A stretch of DNA of 64,000 bases from Octopus vulgaris (Eukaryota). The stretch spans positions 177,630,001 to 177,694,000 of the forward strand of contig OX597814.1 in NCBI GenBank assembly GCA_951406725.2. Reading direction: 5' to 3'. The position numbers and the translations under genes are program-made. Of this stretch, positions 12,787 through 26,550 are shown one piece after another. The notes under the pieces are model-generated. The model made no database searches, was not told the DNA's origin, and saw only the letters and a program-made list of their open reading frames with translations. Position 1 is the stretch's first letter; every line of letters begins with the position of its first letter.

Positions 12787-14289
12787 TCGTAAAATATTCG
12801 TATTTTCTGCTTTTTTTCGTGGATTATCAAGAAAACAATGTGGAAAAAAAGTAAACAGTGAAGAAATTGGGATGGCGAGGGAGACAATTAAAATATTCAG
12901 AACGTGTTTTGGGGGCGAAATTCTAATCTCCTGCATTGAAAACATAGGAATCGGAAGAAATTTATGAAAAAAATAAGGAGCGAGGTAAATATCACTTCAG
13001 ACATGATAGAAACAAAAGGTAAAGGTCAGGATTTTAAACTTTTATGTTTATATCGAAGATCAGGTTTTTCACTACGATCATCAGAAACACGAATTACAGA
13101 ATAGAAAAAAGTCACTTCAACTGGATTTCGGTTGCCTTTTTGCGCGTGCATACAGCAAGAAATAACATAATTCGTACAGAAGTTTTACCGTGTGTGTGTG
13201 TGTGTGTGGGGGGGTACATGTGTGTGCCAAAAAGTTATTTTATGGCATTCTTTCGTTTAAAGCAGCAAAGTTGTAAACATGACCATATGGCCGATCATAG
13301 GGGATCATATGATTGTTCATTAAGTTCTGCAATTTCTTTATGCTTTGAAGAGAGCAGAAATTGAAAGAGAGGAGAAAGTTGAAAGGCGACATTTGCTTTG
13401 CAGTGAAAGCAGAAAGTGAAAGAGAAGAAAATGGGTAAGATGTATGTACGTGTATATGAAATGGATGTGTGAGAGAGTGTGCATATGCGTGAGTGTGAGA
13501 GAGAGAGAGTGACGGTGAGAGAAAGTGAGAGTGAGAGAGAGAGTTTTTATATACACGTACATAAATGCATATCCTTACATCTTTTTTTTGTATATATATA
13601 TGTGCATGTGCCTGTGAAAGAGTGAGAGAGAGTGACGGAGTGAGTGACTATATTTCCTCATAACTTATAGAGAAATGGATGTCTTTTAATGAAATTGTTT
13701 TGGTTGTAGTTTATTTTAATGCAATATTCATGTGTACATTTTCATAAATGTTTGTCCGAGTAGAATTCGACGTATATGTGAAACATCGTACAAAAGTGAG
13801 ACATTAGAAGCAAATCGAAATATTGCACGAAAATGACCTCAAAATTGTGCGACGAGACCTCGCTTCCAAAGTTATTTTAGTAGTAAAAGAGGAGTTGTGC
13901 CAAAAAACAGTTTATTTTGTAGATAAGCAGGTTTCCTTATTATAGTACAGATGTGACTAATTCGGAAAACCATTACGTTCATTCTCCCCACATCGTCACT
14001 CTCGTAATGCGACACTTTGTAATTTTGGTTCAAATTGAAAGTGCAAAATATGGTCTTTGTATAGCAGGGAAATCCAAATATCTATAGCTGGTGGTTGAGA
14101 TAACGTAGAAAATATGCAAATGAAAATAATCTTTTTTTTTTTTGGTAACCGAAAATTTACTGAATCTTTTAATACACCATACGTCAAATCGGCAATTCGG
14201 TTTTCGAATGCATAAGGAACATACGCACCCACGCGCGCACACATACACACACACACACACACGCACTCTCTCTTACAGTTCTATATTTA

Positions 14290-14470
14290 AGAGATGAGGA
14301 ATTATGTACATTATTTACATTCGACGGATATTTCCCCTCATCTTGTTTTTTGTTAACACAACATTTCGGTTGATATACCCTTCAGGCTTCTTTAGGTGTC
14401 TTGGAGAAATTTCGAACCTGGGTTCTCATTCCTAAGGTATGTTTCGGTGTTGTTATTATTATTATTATTA
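14290..14470 (-). mobile_element. Penelope-like repeat (family P3) with a degenerate hammerhead at 14355-14400
   Basis: Minus strand gacac CTAAAGA a gcctga agggtata tcaacc GAAA TGTT gtgtt; stem I gacac/gtgtt is retained. Confidence 0.55.
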
Positions 14471-14563
14471 ACACAAAAGAAATATAATTCTTTAAGGGTT
14501 CAAGTTTAGGTGTAGTGCCTACCTAAATTGATATCTTTGTATTATTTTGTACCTGTTCATAAG

Positions 14564-15028
14564 TATTGGATTGTCCGGAAAGTTCGTGCCGATTTTTAAA
14601 GGAAAGAAAAAGGTCAATAAAAACTTGCCATTACATCAAACAAATATGAACCATTTTGTTGCATAATGCGTCTCCATCTTTCCCAGAATAGAGGTGGTTT
14701 CATGGTAAAGCTATTCTGCAGAGACCTGAATAAGTGGAAATACGAAGGAGCAATATCTGGTGAATATGGAGGGTGGGGTAACACATCCCAGCCGGGCTGC
14801 AGCAATTTTCGTCTGGACCGAAAATGAACTTTCTTATCTTCTATTTTAAAGGGTTACAGAATTAACACAGGTTATAGGATAATAAACCTTCTTCCACGAA
14901 AAGATAGCTTAAACTGTGCTCTAAATGGAGATGTAGTCAAATCCTATTTTACGGACTCGACCGTGTTCTAAAATAAGTCGAAAGGTAAGCTACTATAAAT
15001 CGGTACAAACTTTCCGTTCAACCCAATA
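14564..15028 (-). mobile_element. Internally deleted mariner transposon
   Basis: TA-flanked imperfect ~30-bp TIRs (ttggattgtccggaaagttcgtgccgattt / aaatcggtacaaactttccgttcaacccaa); transposase remnant WDVLPHPPYSPDIAPSYFHLFRSLQN at 14614-14805. Confidence 0.9.
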
Positions 15029-15992
15029 TTTTGATATCCCATCTACAAAACTTCACCAGAGAATGTAACAACCAAGCAGGACGAAATATAGATATATTTA
15101 TCTGCACTACTGTCGCTTAGAACATTACACAGATGGTATTCTAAATACAGTTGTCACTTCCAAAATTAAAGAAGATATACATGTATGCATACATACATAC
15201 ATATATACATATATGTGTGTGTATACGTACAGGCATATATATATATATATATACATATATACACACATATAGATGTATGTATACATATCATCTATAAATC
15301 AAACATCTTCATATATCTTCATAAATTCCGATGCCGTCAGTGGTTTGGATAATAAAATATAGCCAAGAGTTCATATGGCGTTTATAAAATCAGCAGGATT
15401 CTTTCTTCAATACAATTTGCTGATGATGTCAGTGACATTTTAATATTCTCACCTTAAGTTAGAATCAAAATATCTTTAAATTATTGATTTCATTCAGCTG
15501 AATAATGTCGCTTTCTTTCGGTTTGTGAATATTACCATATATTTCATTACTCAGATGACCCTGTGACCCATTATATACCCGAAACTGTTTTATTTCTTCT
15601 GAATATTATTCTTTTCCCTGCACTGTTTTAATACGATGGTTTAATCAACAAGTCAGCATGTTTAGTTAAGGAACTTCATGCGTATTTATAACAAGGCTTA
15701 ATTTCATAAAGTAAAAAAAAAACCCTCAGTATTATTTGCAAGTAAAAGAACACCTACTAGGATTCTTCCCGAGTTATCTTCGTTTGAAAAACGTAATTGT
15801 TATCAATGTTACGTTAATTCCATCTTTATTCACGTTGCGTACAAGATAGTTCTTAAATTCAATTTTAAATCCATTGGGGAGACTCAGAATACCAAAGAAG
15901 GAAGATAAAAATGTAATCATCCGATCATTGCCCTCGGACGGCATGTAAATTTCAAATCCTATAGAATGCACAAATCTGTTCATTGTTTGACA

Positions 15993-15994
<2 letters not shown>

Positions 15995-16042
<48 letters not shown>

Positions 16043-16295
16043 ATGTATGTATGTATGTATGTATGTATGTATGTATGTATATATATATATATATATATGT
16101 ATGTATATATGTATTTACATTTACATACGCACACAGATGTGTATATGTGTGCATGTGGTGTGTCTGTGCGTGTACGTTTATATACACAAATATTTAAAGT
16201 TACGTATACACAACCTCACATACACACACATATATATACACACAGACTCAAGAACACATATATGTATACAATACAATTATAAACATATATACATA

Positions 16296-16376
<81 letters not shown>

Positions 16377-16380
16377 TTGT
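15995..16380. repeat. Compound microsatellites (TA)n(TG)n(TATG)n and (CT)n(TA)n
   Basis: Seen directly; source of spurious ORFs. Confidence 0.9.
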
Positions 16381-18753
16381 TCATTCTTTTATATTTATAT
16401 ATGCTTACACACATAAATTAACATAAACACACATGCATATGTGCGTGATAAATGTGTATATTTAGATATGCTTCTACGTATATTCGATATCGGATTGGGA
16501 ATGCTCATGACACCGATGTATGAATATACTGTCGATCGAGGAGGAAAATTAAGTATTGAACTACCCATCGATGATCGTATATCAACTATTGTATATTATC
16601 CACAACGACATCTTCTCTCGGCACTGTTTATGTAACTTTCGACAAACGTTAGCAGAATAAACGGGTGTGTGCAACTGGAGATCAAGGTTTATCAATCTCA
16701 TCTGTTCGACTTACCAATCAATGAATCGTATGAAAGGTCTCTGTTCTTGAATATAATATCAGATATGCAACACCCCTTTCAAGTTAAGCTCATATTACAT
16801 TGATTTACAGCATCATTATAACCGGTTGTGTGTGACCAACATATTTTCAGTTATATACATGTATATTTTTATACAAATACCATAAAATTTAAAGTCGAGT
16901 AGCATTATAGGAATAGGAGTTTCTTGTCAATTTCCAGTACATTAAGCAGCGAGAAATCTTACGGAAAGATTATCACTCCGCTTTTGTTGCGGCTCTTACT
17001 TTTCCCAGGTCATCCTTGATCAAATAGGCCTATAATAAAATGCAGCCCGTGCACATTGATCCCGGATTCTTGTAGATATATCACTGTTAGGACTGACTAC
17101 ATTGTACAATGTATCATTGACTTTGTAAAACAGCTAGGTGTGATTTGAGGGAGATTTGGGTGTTAATTCGTCAGATGTATGCTTTGAAGTCCCACTCATT
17201 GGCTTACCAGCTATTTCTTGCTGGTCGAACGATCGACTTGACTAGTTACCAACTCCTGTTAACTCTACATGTGCATATCATTAGTGAACCACGTACATTG
17301 TATGCACATGGCCTGATGTTCCGAGTTTGGGGCTCATGACCGCAAGAGCGCGTATTCAGTTTCTGTGTCGGGTAGCACAGTGTATTCAAGTGCGGTACAA
17401 TTCAATCCACGTTGTTCTAGCGTATTGAGCTCTAATGACTACCAGGCGAGTGCCGTTGAAGCCGTATTTCCCTCCTACTGTCACTTACTGGATGTTCTGG
17501 TCGGTCAAGGGTGGTGGCAGTCATGAGGTTGGCTATGCCTGTTCACGACTTCATAAGCACCTCGAACAAAGTATGGTACATGTGTTTGCTAATTGCTTAA
17601 GGACTGGCTGAATTCGTATGTTTTATAGTTTTCTGCAAAATACAATTTACTCTTCACTGGAATATTGATTTACTAGAATACTGAGTGAAGGTAAACCACA
17701 ATTCATAAAATGTAAAGCCTCCTAATATCTGTCAAATCTGTTTGGGTAAAATTCTGATTGAAATTCAATGTAGGGGAGATTTACCTAAGAGAATAGTAGC
17801 TTTACTTTCTGTCGAAAATGTGCTCTGGGCAAAAACGTGCTCTGAGTAATACAATTACTTTTAATTTTTCTTTTCCTCGTTTTAAATTGTAGTCTCGATT
17901 TTATTCCCAAGGAGCCATTTTAATCTATTTGACAAACTAGACAAGTATGCAGCAATAAACACAATGGAAACGTCACTCTTATAATTTAAACTTTCGAAAA
18001 TCTTCAGATTGTGTTGTTACGCTCCCATTAGAAATCAATCATCGATTTTTTTTTACATGTGAATTTAAAATCATGAAGCATAATTCGTCTCTCCCTCTAT
18101 AACGTTTAGGTGGCGAGACATTATTTTTTCAATGTTCACTGCCCATTGACCCCTCTCTTTCTTCATCTCTCTTTTTTCTCTCGCCTTCTTCCCCACACTC
18201 TCTCTCTCTCCCTCTTTGGCGTGTCGAAATATGAAAGCCTATTGAAGTAAAATTGACTGCAATACTTGTTCGGTTTTACTTTGTTTCTCTTCGCATTATA
18301 TCGATGCATAATTATTATGACACTATAAAATATGCGATGTGCTAACATTTTCAAATTTATACATTCTCTGTATTTTATATGATTTCCAACCTTTCCTCTC
18401 CTATTCTTTGCTCTTCCTAGTAACCACAACAGATTTCAAAAATGAGGTGTTTACGACAAATTCCTTCCTCTCTTGAAGTAATAATCCAGATGAGACATAT
18501 TTCTCCCTCACTGTCTGTCTGCCAGTCGATCAGTCTGTCTGTGTCTCGCCTCCACAGGATAGAACACTAATTCAATTGAAGTTAACTTTCTAAGAACAAA
18601 GCTGTACCTAATCTGCCACGGAGAAAAAATTCTATCAAGCATAAAGAGAAGTCTTGCTCTGAATCTAACATAAGAGCAGCATCTGATGTATAATCATCTA
18701 CTTAGTCGAAATGAAGCTGTATATAATTAAGATATCGGCAAAATTGTAATAAA

Positions 18754-19047
18754 GCAGGCATGGGTGTAAGGTTAAGAAGATCGCATTAAAACCACGTGAT
18801 CTTTTAGTTCAATACTATTGAGAGGCGCCTTAAGCAATTGAATTCTACTATAACTCGGGGCAGACAAATGCCTTGAGTCGTATACGCACACATACACTCA
18901 TATATACACGCGCACACACACACACGCATACACATGATAAACTAAAAATATGTCGTACAATATAATTGGGCACTTGAAAAGGTATGTACCAGGTTGGGCA
19001 TGCTATAAAGACCTGACAACTATTCATCGTCTGTTATTATACATTTG

Positions 19048-19116
<69 letters not shown>

Positions 19117-19380
19117 TTATGTATATATGTATATATATGTGTGTGTGTGTGTATGTTTGTCTGTCTGTCTGCCTGTGTGTCTGTGTGTCTGTGTTTGTCT
19201 TGACACAACCAGTTTTCATTTGTATACGATACCATTCCTTAGCATCTCGGCAAGCTAATGGGAGTAAGTAGAAGGCTTAAGAATAAGTACTTGGATGATT
19301 TGTACCATTAGATACTTGAAAGCGGTGCTTTGGCATAGCTGCCGTCCAACCAAACGATAAAAGATATGTAATAGACTGAA
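18754..19380 (+). mobile_element. Old degenerate SINE family A copy with expanded internal microsatellites
   Basis: Head-like 18754-18878 and tail-like 19185-19380 (aagcggtgctttggcatagc) around (TA)n(TG)n. Confidence 0.55.
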
Positions 19381-19931
19381 ATGACGTATGCTTAAAATGA
19401 CGTATACAAAACTGACGCTTATAAAACGTATATAAAGCAAACATACGACATTGACGAATAAGAAAACAGGCACATAAAAAAAAATAACACCGACAGATGT
19501 ATACAATTATAATATAGACAGTAACGGTTAATAGAAGAAATATCACTCATTGAGAAAGATTACTTGTTCATAAAGGGGGAAATTGATGAAGCATTAACAG
19601 GAGAAATTACCAGTGGAAAAAATTATAAAAAATGAAAAAAAAAAAAGAATAGGCGATAAGAATGAAGAAAGAGGAGAAAAAAAAAACAGCTTTAGATTTT
19701 TCAAAGTAATATTAGCATAGTAATAGTAAATGAAAAAAAAAAAAGAGCTCTAGCGAAATGCGGTCGGTGGTAATATCTGAATTATTAGTGGTGGTGGTGG
19801 TGGTGAAAGAGTAAAAGGTTCAAAGATAATAATAAGGGATGAGCGAGAAAAGACCACAAGAACTTAATGAGAGTAGCTAGAGGAATATAATAGCGGGGGA
19901 GAAGCAGAAACGACATCAACCTCAGCAACAC

Positions 19932-19975
<44 letters not shown>

Positions 19976-20225
19976 ATGGTGGTGGTGATGGTGTGGTGGT
20001 GGTAGTAAATAAAGGAAGAGAGGAGAAGGGAGAAAAGGAAATGAACAAAAAGAAGATTAAAGCGAGTAAATTAATTCCAACAGTGTAATTCTTCCATAGC
20101 AAGTAATTTCAATGAGCCACTAGTTTGGCTTGCCAAATGTTCGTGCCTGTTAAAAAGGTCAGTATGTTATTTCGATAATGCAGGTTATATTAATTAATAA
20201 ACGCTGTTTACCAAGGTCATTCAGA

Positions 20226-20226
<1 letters not shown>

Positions 20227-20286
<60 letters not shown>

Positions 20287-20319
20287 GTTGTTGTTGTTGT
20301 TATTATTGTTATTATTATA
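20227..20319. repeat. (TTA)n(TTG)n microsatellite
   Basis: Seen directly. Confidence 0.95.
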
Positions 20320-22620
20320 TGTTTTTTTTTTGTGATTGCAATTTGTCGGACTTGCCAATTTCATTCCCAGACTTCCATGGTCGATTTTGGTCGGTTGAGT
20401 CTTATTTCTTGTTTGTAATTCTATACCCTTACTTATCTGGCTCAGACGATAATAGGCCACACGACAAATTGGAAGCTCCTGCGGTTCAGTTCTTCACTAT
20501 TATTGTACAGTTTTCAAAGCGAGACGGGATAGGATCCGAGACAGGAGGAGGAGGAAGAGTGGATGCTATCTTCAGACCGAACACCTAATCAAAATGTATG
20601 CAATAGAGTGAAGATCGCTAAAAGGTGACCAAGTGAATGTGATGTTAGACCCGCCTTCCTCACTGTTTCCGTCCGACAAACGTTACCCACATGGAACTTG
20701 CAAAGCCCTTGGATTGAACCTGAAATTACTGGATTCCAAAAGTTTATTAAATTTGATGAACATTTTAAAAGAGGAAAGGTTATATGTAGTTCTAGATATC
20801 TAAACAAAAGACAGAATGTTAACGGCTGGATGCCTTTCATTCGGAGTCTGCTTGGTTGGGTTTGTAACTGCAACCAATAACCTTTTGACTTTGTTTAGCC
20901 TCAAGACAAACATAATAGAACAGACCTATTATCAACGGTATTCCGTCTGTGAACATCTTTCATTTCTATTCTTTTTGCAGTGTGTGTACTACATTATTCA
21001 TTGTCTGTGTAGAGAATCCTTCGATTGTTCGATTTATAATTGTATAGATATACTTGTACTCTATAACATTGTTCCATATCAAATATATTTAAAGATGCCC
21101 TACTATGAGTTTATTGTTGTAAACTTCGTGTCGTGCTTTATCTCAGCCTCATGTGGACAAAGGCACAGACACACATAAACGTACATAGTTGTGAAGACAA
21201 AAGAGATACATCCACGACCATAAAAATGTACTTAAATTAACTGTATAAGACCTAAAAATAGCAATAAAATTGTAATATGTGAAAGTGATTGTTTGTTTTA
21301 TTAGTATGAACAAAGGCGAATGCATTATAAGACAGCAGCAAATTTACCAAAATTAGGAAACACAACCCTGTATAACTAATAGTTAAATTCAAAAGATTAA
21401 TTATTGTAGCAAACGTACAAATAGGATCATCCTAATATAAATATTTGGAACAGTAATGATTCACAGCAGAATAAACTCCTTCGAACATATAATCTTTTAA
21501 AGAACACACAGACACATAGGGTCAATAGACAACAAGACAGAATAATAAAGATTCATACACCGGAGAGATATATTGTACGCTCACCGGAGGAATTCCAACG
21601 AATTTTACTAGAAGTTATTTTTCAGTATGGACGTAGAAATCCTCCTTATGTTTGTTATTGTAACTATGTAGGCATAATATCAAATTAGGTGTATACACAT
21701 GTAACAATAAAAGAAACAAATCTGGCTATAAATATCCTAAGAAAATTTCTCTTGGTTTGCTCATCTGAGATTCCCTTCTGTTGTTCACAAGTTATTCTAT
21801 ACACCAAAATAGAGTAAATAGCCATGGGCTCATTTTTCAAACCTTAACGTGCTGTCAAACAAGCGTTGAAAATCATGTTATTTATCAACATAATCGCTTT
21901 ACATACACACTCGAAGGCTTAGTAGATTTGAAGATGATTTCAAAAGTAATTGTATACTCAAAATTAAAATGCACCATCGCTAGTTCAAGCTTAAATTAAG
22001 GCCACGCACCAAACATTCTTAGAAATGAATACAGATTCGACGGATGAATGGAACAAGTCATTCAGTTTCTCTCTATATGGAAAACGAAAAGCAATGATTA
22101 TGCAGGGGATACAATACGTATAACATGACTGTTGCCAAATAGTTTCTGAGACAGACATTTAATTTTTCATCTAAAAAGAGGTGTTGCCTGAAGAAATAGA
22201 GATAAAGACATTTTAATAAGGATGCATAATCTAATTACAGTAGAATATAACAAGAGTAAATTACGCATATACAATCACCGGTAAAATACACAGAAGCCAA
22301 ATATGTGACATACTACGTGAGCAAAATCCCTCTAGTAAGAGATTGAATATCTGCGTAATTTTAAAAAAAGTAATCGTACAAGAGAACACAGCATGTATAA
22401 TATGTAACCATAAATAAACAGACAAATTATAAGCGCCATAATTATAAACTACTTATATGTTTTATACAGAAAGTACTAAAGACAGCCAATGTATTATACA
22501 ATATTTTATTGTAAACATTAAAAAGAATGTAAATTTCATGATTCCAGCTCTCATGTGAGGTAAACATGTAAGGCACTTTCTCGCCCTTTTGACTATGTAT
22601 TTACTATGAGAAACTATTGT

Positions 22621-22870
22621 GGAGGCGCATGGCTTAGTTGTTAGGGTATGAGCATCATGATCGTAAGATTGTGGTTTCGATTCCTGGGCAGGGCGACGCG
22701 TTGTGTTCTTGAGCAAAACACTTCATTTCACGTTGCTGCAGTCCACTCAGCTGCCAAAAATAAGTAACGCTGCGATGGACTGGCGTCCCGTCCAGCTGGG
22801 GTACACATACGCCATAGAACCCGGGAAACCGAGCCTATGAGCCTGGCTATGCTTTAAAAGGGCGCATTTA
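22621..22870 (+). mobile_element. tRNA-derived SINE family C
   Basis: ggaggcgcatggcttagttgttag...ggtttcgattcc (A/B boxes), core tgtgttcttgagcaaaacacttcatttcacgttgc, then gcgatggactggcgtcccgtccag. Confidence 0.8.
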
Positions 22871-24381
22871 TTTATCATTATTATAAGAAACTATTATAAC
22901 ATGAGGAAACAAAACAGAAGAAAGAAATTTGTTGATTACATTAACATCATAAGAAGCTTACATAAAACTAAACGATTAGCTATAAAATATTTACTAAAAG
23001 GAAAATGTAAATGAGAAAATAACATATAGATAAAACATATGTGAATAAAACCCCACAGAGTTAGTGGTTAAGCTGCATTAAACCCAGAGATGATGGTCGA
23101 AATAAATAACAGTATTTAAATTTGTATTTTAAAACTTGTACGTTTTTTAACCCATTGAATCTCAATTATGCTGAAGTATCAACTTTTTCATCATTACGAC
23201 GGCAATCGAAATGCCTCAGTTGGTAGCTCAGATTAAAAACAAGATACTCCAATAAATGTTATTGTTGTTATTTTTGATGAAACTCTTTCACAGGGTAAAC
23301 TAAATGAACGCATTGTATTGGTTTAGCAATATAGACAATACTAATAATGTATTTTTTTTCATTCTCACACACACACACACATTTCTGCAACCACACAGTC
23401 GTACGAGCATACGTAATCACAACAAGCACACATAGACATACGTGTGGCTTACACGTACACATGCAGGCAGTCAGTTTTTCCTCCCTATCGAACCACTTTA
23501 CGATAATTGGCAGAGCTAAAGGTATTAATAGACTCAGCATTAATTGGCAGACGAAAACATCATTGCACAGCAGTCTATATTTGTATTACAGTCTTACACC
23601 TCATATTTTCTCTACGGATCAAGTATGTTTCTTTTGTCTCATTTATTTTAATATCTTGTAAAAGACCAACTTGCCCAAATTTCTAAATCGATATTCACTA
23701 AACATCTGATCAGAAAGAATAAATGGGTATATTACATATATTATCTATATAAAATGTCTAGCTATTTATGTTCTTGCTATGATGAATAGTAACTTTATTG
23801 CTATTAAAGAAGTTTGGGCTTCTTTTCAAACTATCTCTTTTTACTCCACACATACACACATATATGTATTAGAAAAATGTGATTGAACGCGAACGTTAGG
23901 AGGAAATCGTTCCGTTTACTAGCGAGCTTGCAGGACTTTAGATCTTCTCGACGGCTTTGGTTTGTTTCGATTACATAACTGTAATAGTAATAAACTGATA
24001 ACCGAAAATAAAATATATACGGAAATAAATGCTATATAGTAGATTGTACGGTAAAAAATACATGAAATGGGTTAATGAGTTCCTTTCAATATCAGTGACT
24101 GAAACACCAAATATATCCTATGTGCAGTATTTACTGCAGACAAGGCTGTGTAGTTAAGTAGCTAAGTGTGGGTAATACCTTTAAACATCGGTTTCTACTT
24201 GAAAAGATACAAGACTCGAAAAGATACAAGACGAGTGGGGAAAGCAAATAGGCCGAATAGCGTATAAAAACCTCATGTAGTATTTAAGCATCTATAAAAT
24301 GAAGTGAGACTGATTTAATGAACTCAGATTTGGGTAACCTTCTACTGATGATTCTATTTATATACATATTATCATTTTTAC

Positions 24382-24480
<99 letters not shown>
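24382..24480. repeat. (TATC)n microsatellite
   Basis: Seen directly. Confidence 0.95.
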
Positions 24481-24886
24481 CTGTGTTCAGCCCTGCGTGG
24501 CCAATAAAGAAATCTATCTACCTATCAATCTATCAATTGAAAGCTATCCCGCCTGACGCTTTCTCCGATCCATTGGCTGTTCTTTTATTTATCGACCTCG
24601 AAAGTATTAAAGGTAACGATGACCACAACTGGATTTGAACTTGGAACATCGAGAATCGAAATATTCATTGTAAGCAATTCTACCCAACTAAAATCTCACA
24701 GCCAATTTGCTGACTTTTGATCTCAGTATATTAACTATGTTTTGAGGTTACTGAAACAAGAATGTTGTCCAGTGAAGCTTTTACCAAAGCTTCGAAGGAG
24801 GTCTTATGAATTGAAAAAAGAAAAAAATTTTCTTAACGACTGATCGTTTCTTAATCAAAGTGAATCACTAAAATCATCAATGTAAC

Positions 24887-24950
<64 letters not shown>

Positions 24951-24953
24951 CTA

Positions 24954-25007
<54 letters not shown>

Positions 25008-25280
25008 ATTTAATTATTTACATGTAGATTTCTTGTACATGTTTTAACACTGATCTCTTGGTAATTCGGTATGAAACCGGTGTGGGACCATATGCTGCAG
25101 CCTATCCTATAAATATGATAATTTAAGTGAGCATTTTAAGAATAATATGTCACGGTAAATCACACCTGTAATTTACATCGAATCCGACTTGAATCTAATT
25201 CACATTGGAAAGTCTAAAAATTCTCAGAAGGACAATCACCTCTCAGATGGATTTATGGACTGTTCCATACATACATACAT

Positions 25281-25870
25281 ACTAGAGAAGAGAAACTGCA
25301 TACAATTGTGGAAATTAGCGGCTCAGCGAATGTTGACATAAAGCTGAAAATCAGGGAAAAAGAGAATACCTACGCTAAACTATTCAGAAATCTGCAGTTA
25401 CTCTACACAGATTACAAGTTCATGTTAATAACTGTAATTATTGGAAAACTGGGATATGTAACACACTGCCTATGCACTAATATAGAGAAATTAGGCTTCC
25501 CAAAACCAGAAAGGAGAAAGTTGATTCGAAGACTACAAATCCAATCCTTAACAGGAACTGTAAAGATCTGTAAAAATTTCCAGAAGTTCATCATTTAAGT
25601 ATATATGAGCATGTCTATATATACAAGTATATGCATGAGAAAATATGTATAAAACAAAACATACAAAATCTGGACGTATACACACATACATACATACATA
25701 CATACATACATACATACATACATACATACATACATACATACATACATACATACATACTCAGTTGTTGATGTTCAAATTCCAATGAAAGAGTCTTGCGTCT
25801 AGGTTAGAAACAAGCTCTTTCTCTATTGGCAAGAAATATTGAAATGAAACTGAATAATGACATACATACA
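25281..25870 (+). mobile_element. 5'-truncated REL-endonuclease non-LTR retrotransposon (R4/Dong-like) in (CATA)n
   Basis: VEISGSANVDIKLKIREKENTYAKLFRNLQLLY...VIIGKLGYV...LQIQSLTGTVKICKNF* to 25598; the 3' UTR contains and ends in (TACA)n; (CATA)n also lies at the 5' junction. Confidence 0.8.
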
Positions 25871-25924
25871 CACATAGATACATAATACATACATATATAC
25901 ATACATAGACAGACAGGCAGATAC

Positions 25925-25981
<57 letters not shown>

Positions 25982-26164
25982 TACATGTGTATATGTGTGT
26001 GTGTTCGTCTAAGAAACCAATAAGTTGAATGGAGATTAAAATTTGATTTGCCTGCGAATATCTTTCCTGATCATATCAGTCCGTTGAGAAATGTCAAAGT
26101 CAGTGATATTCTGTAACTGGAACTATGATGGAATGTCATTGACTTTATTTGGAGGTCTAATTTA

Positions 26165-26550
26165 ATCGGCAGTAGAAGGACAAAACTATTAGTGTGCCGG
26201 ACAAAACATATCGCCACATTTAATCACAAAGCTTCACGTCCTAAACTCAAAGAAATATCTGGAGATAATTTTTCCTTTCATTCCTCCGAGATTGATAAAA
26301 TAAGTATTAGCCCGTACTGGGGCTTAACTAAATTAGTCAAACACCACTCTCTAAGTTTGTATCTTTGTGTCAAACGTAAAAATAACGACATTGGCTGTGA
26401 GAATCAGTATACAGCCAGGAATGTTTAGCTAGTTAGTCTTATGTTTTGAATCAAAATCCTGCCGGAGTCGACTTTTCCTTTCATCTATCTGTAATTCATA
26501 AAATAGTACTCAAGTAGAAGCGTTAATTTAATCGATTATTAACTCCTCAA
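26165..26550 (+). mobile_element. Two degenerate SINE family B copies
   Basis: ttttcctttcat..., gataaaataagta... and gccggagtcgacttttcctttcat motifs. Confidence 0.55.

Noticed and set aside
12790-14220. Possible decayed DNA-transposon or Helitron fragments
   Set aside because: No termini or second copy could be shown within the window
15774-16421. ORFs with YIYI, CVCV and MYVC repeats (also 31941-33081, 37654-38006, 57565-58921 and others)
   Set aside because: Translations of stop-free microsatellites, not genes
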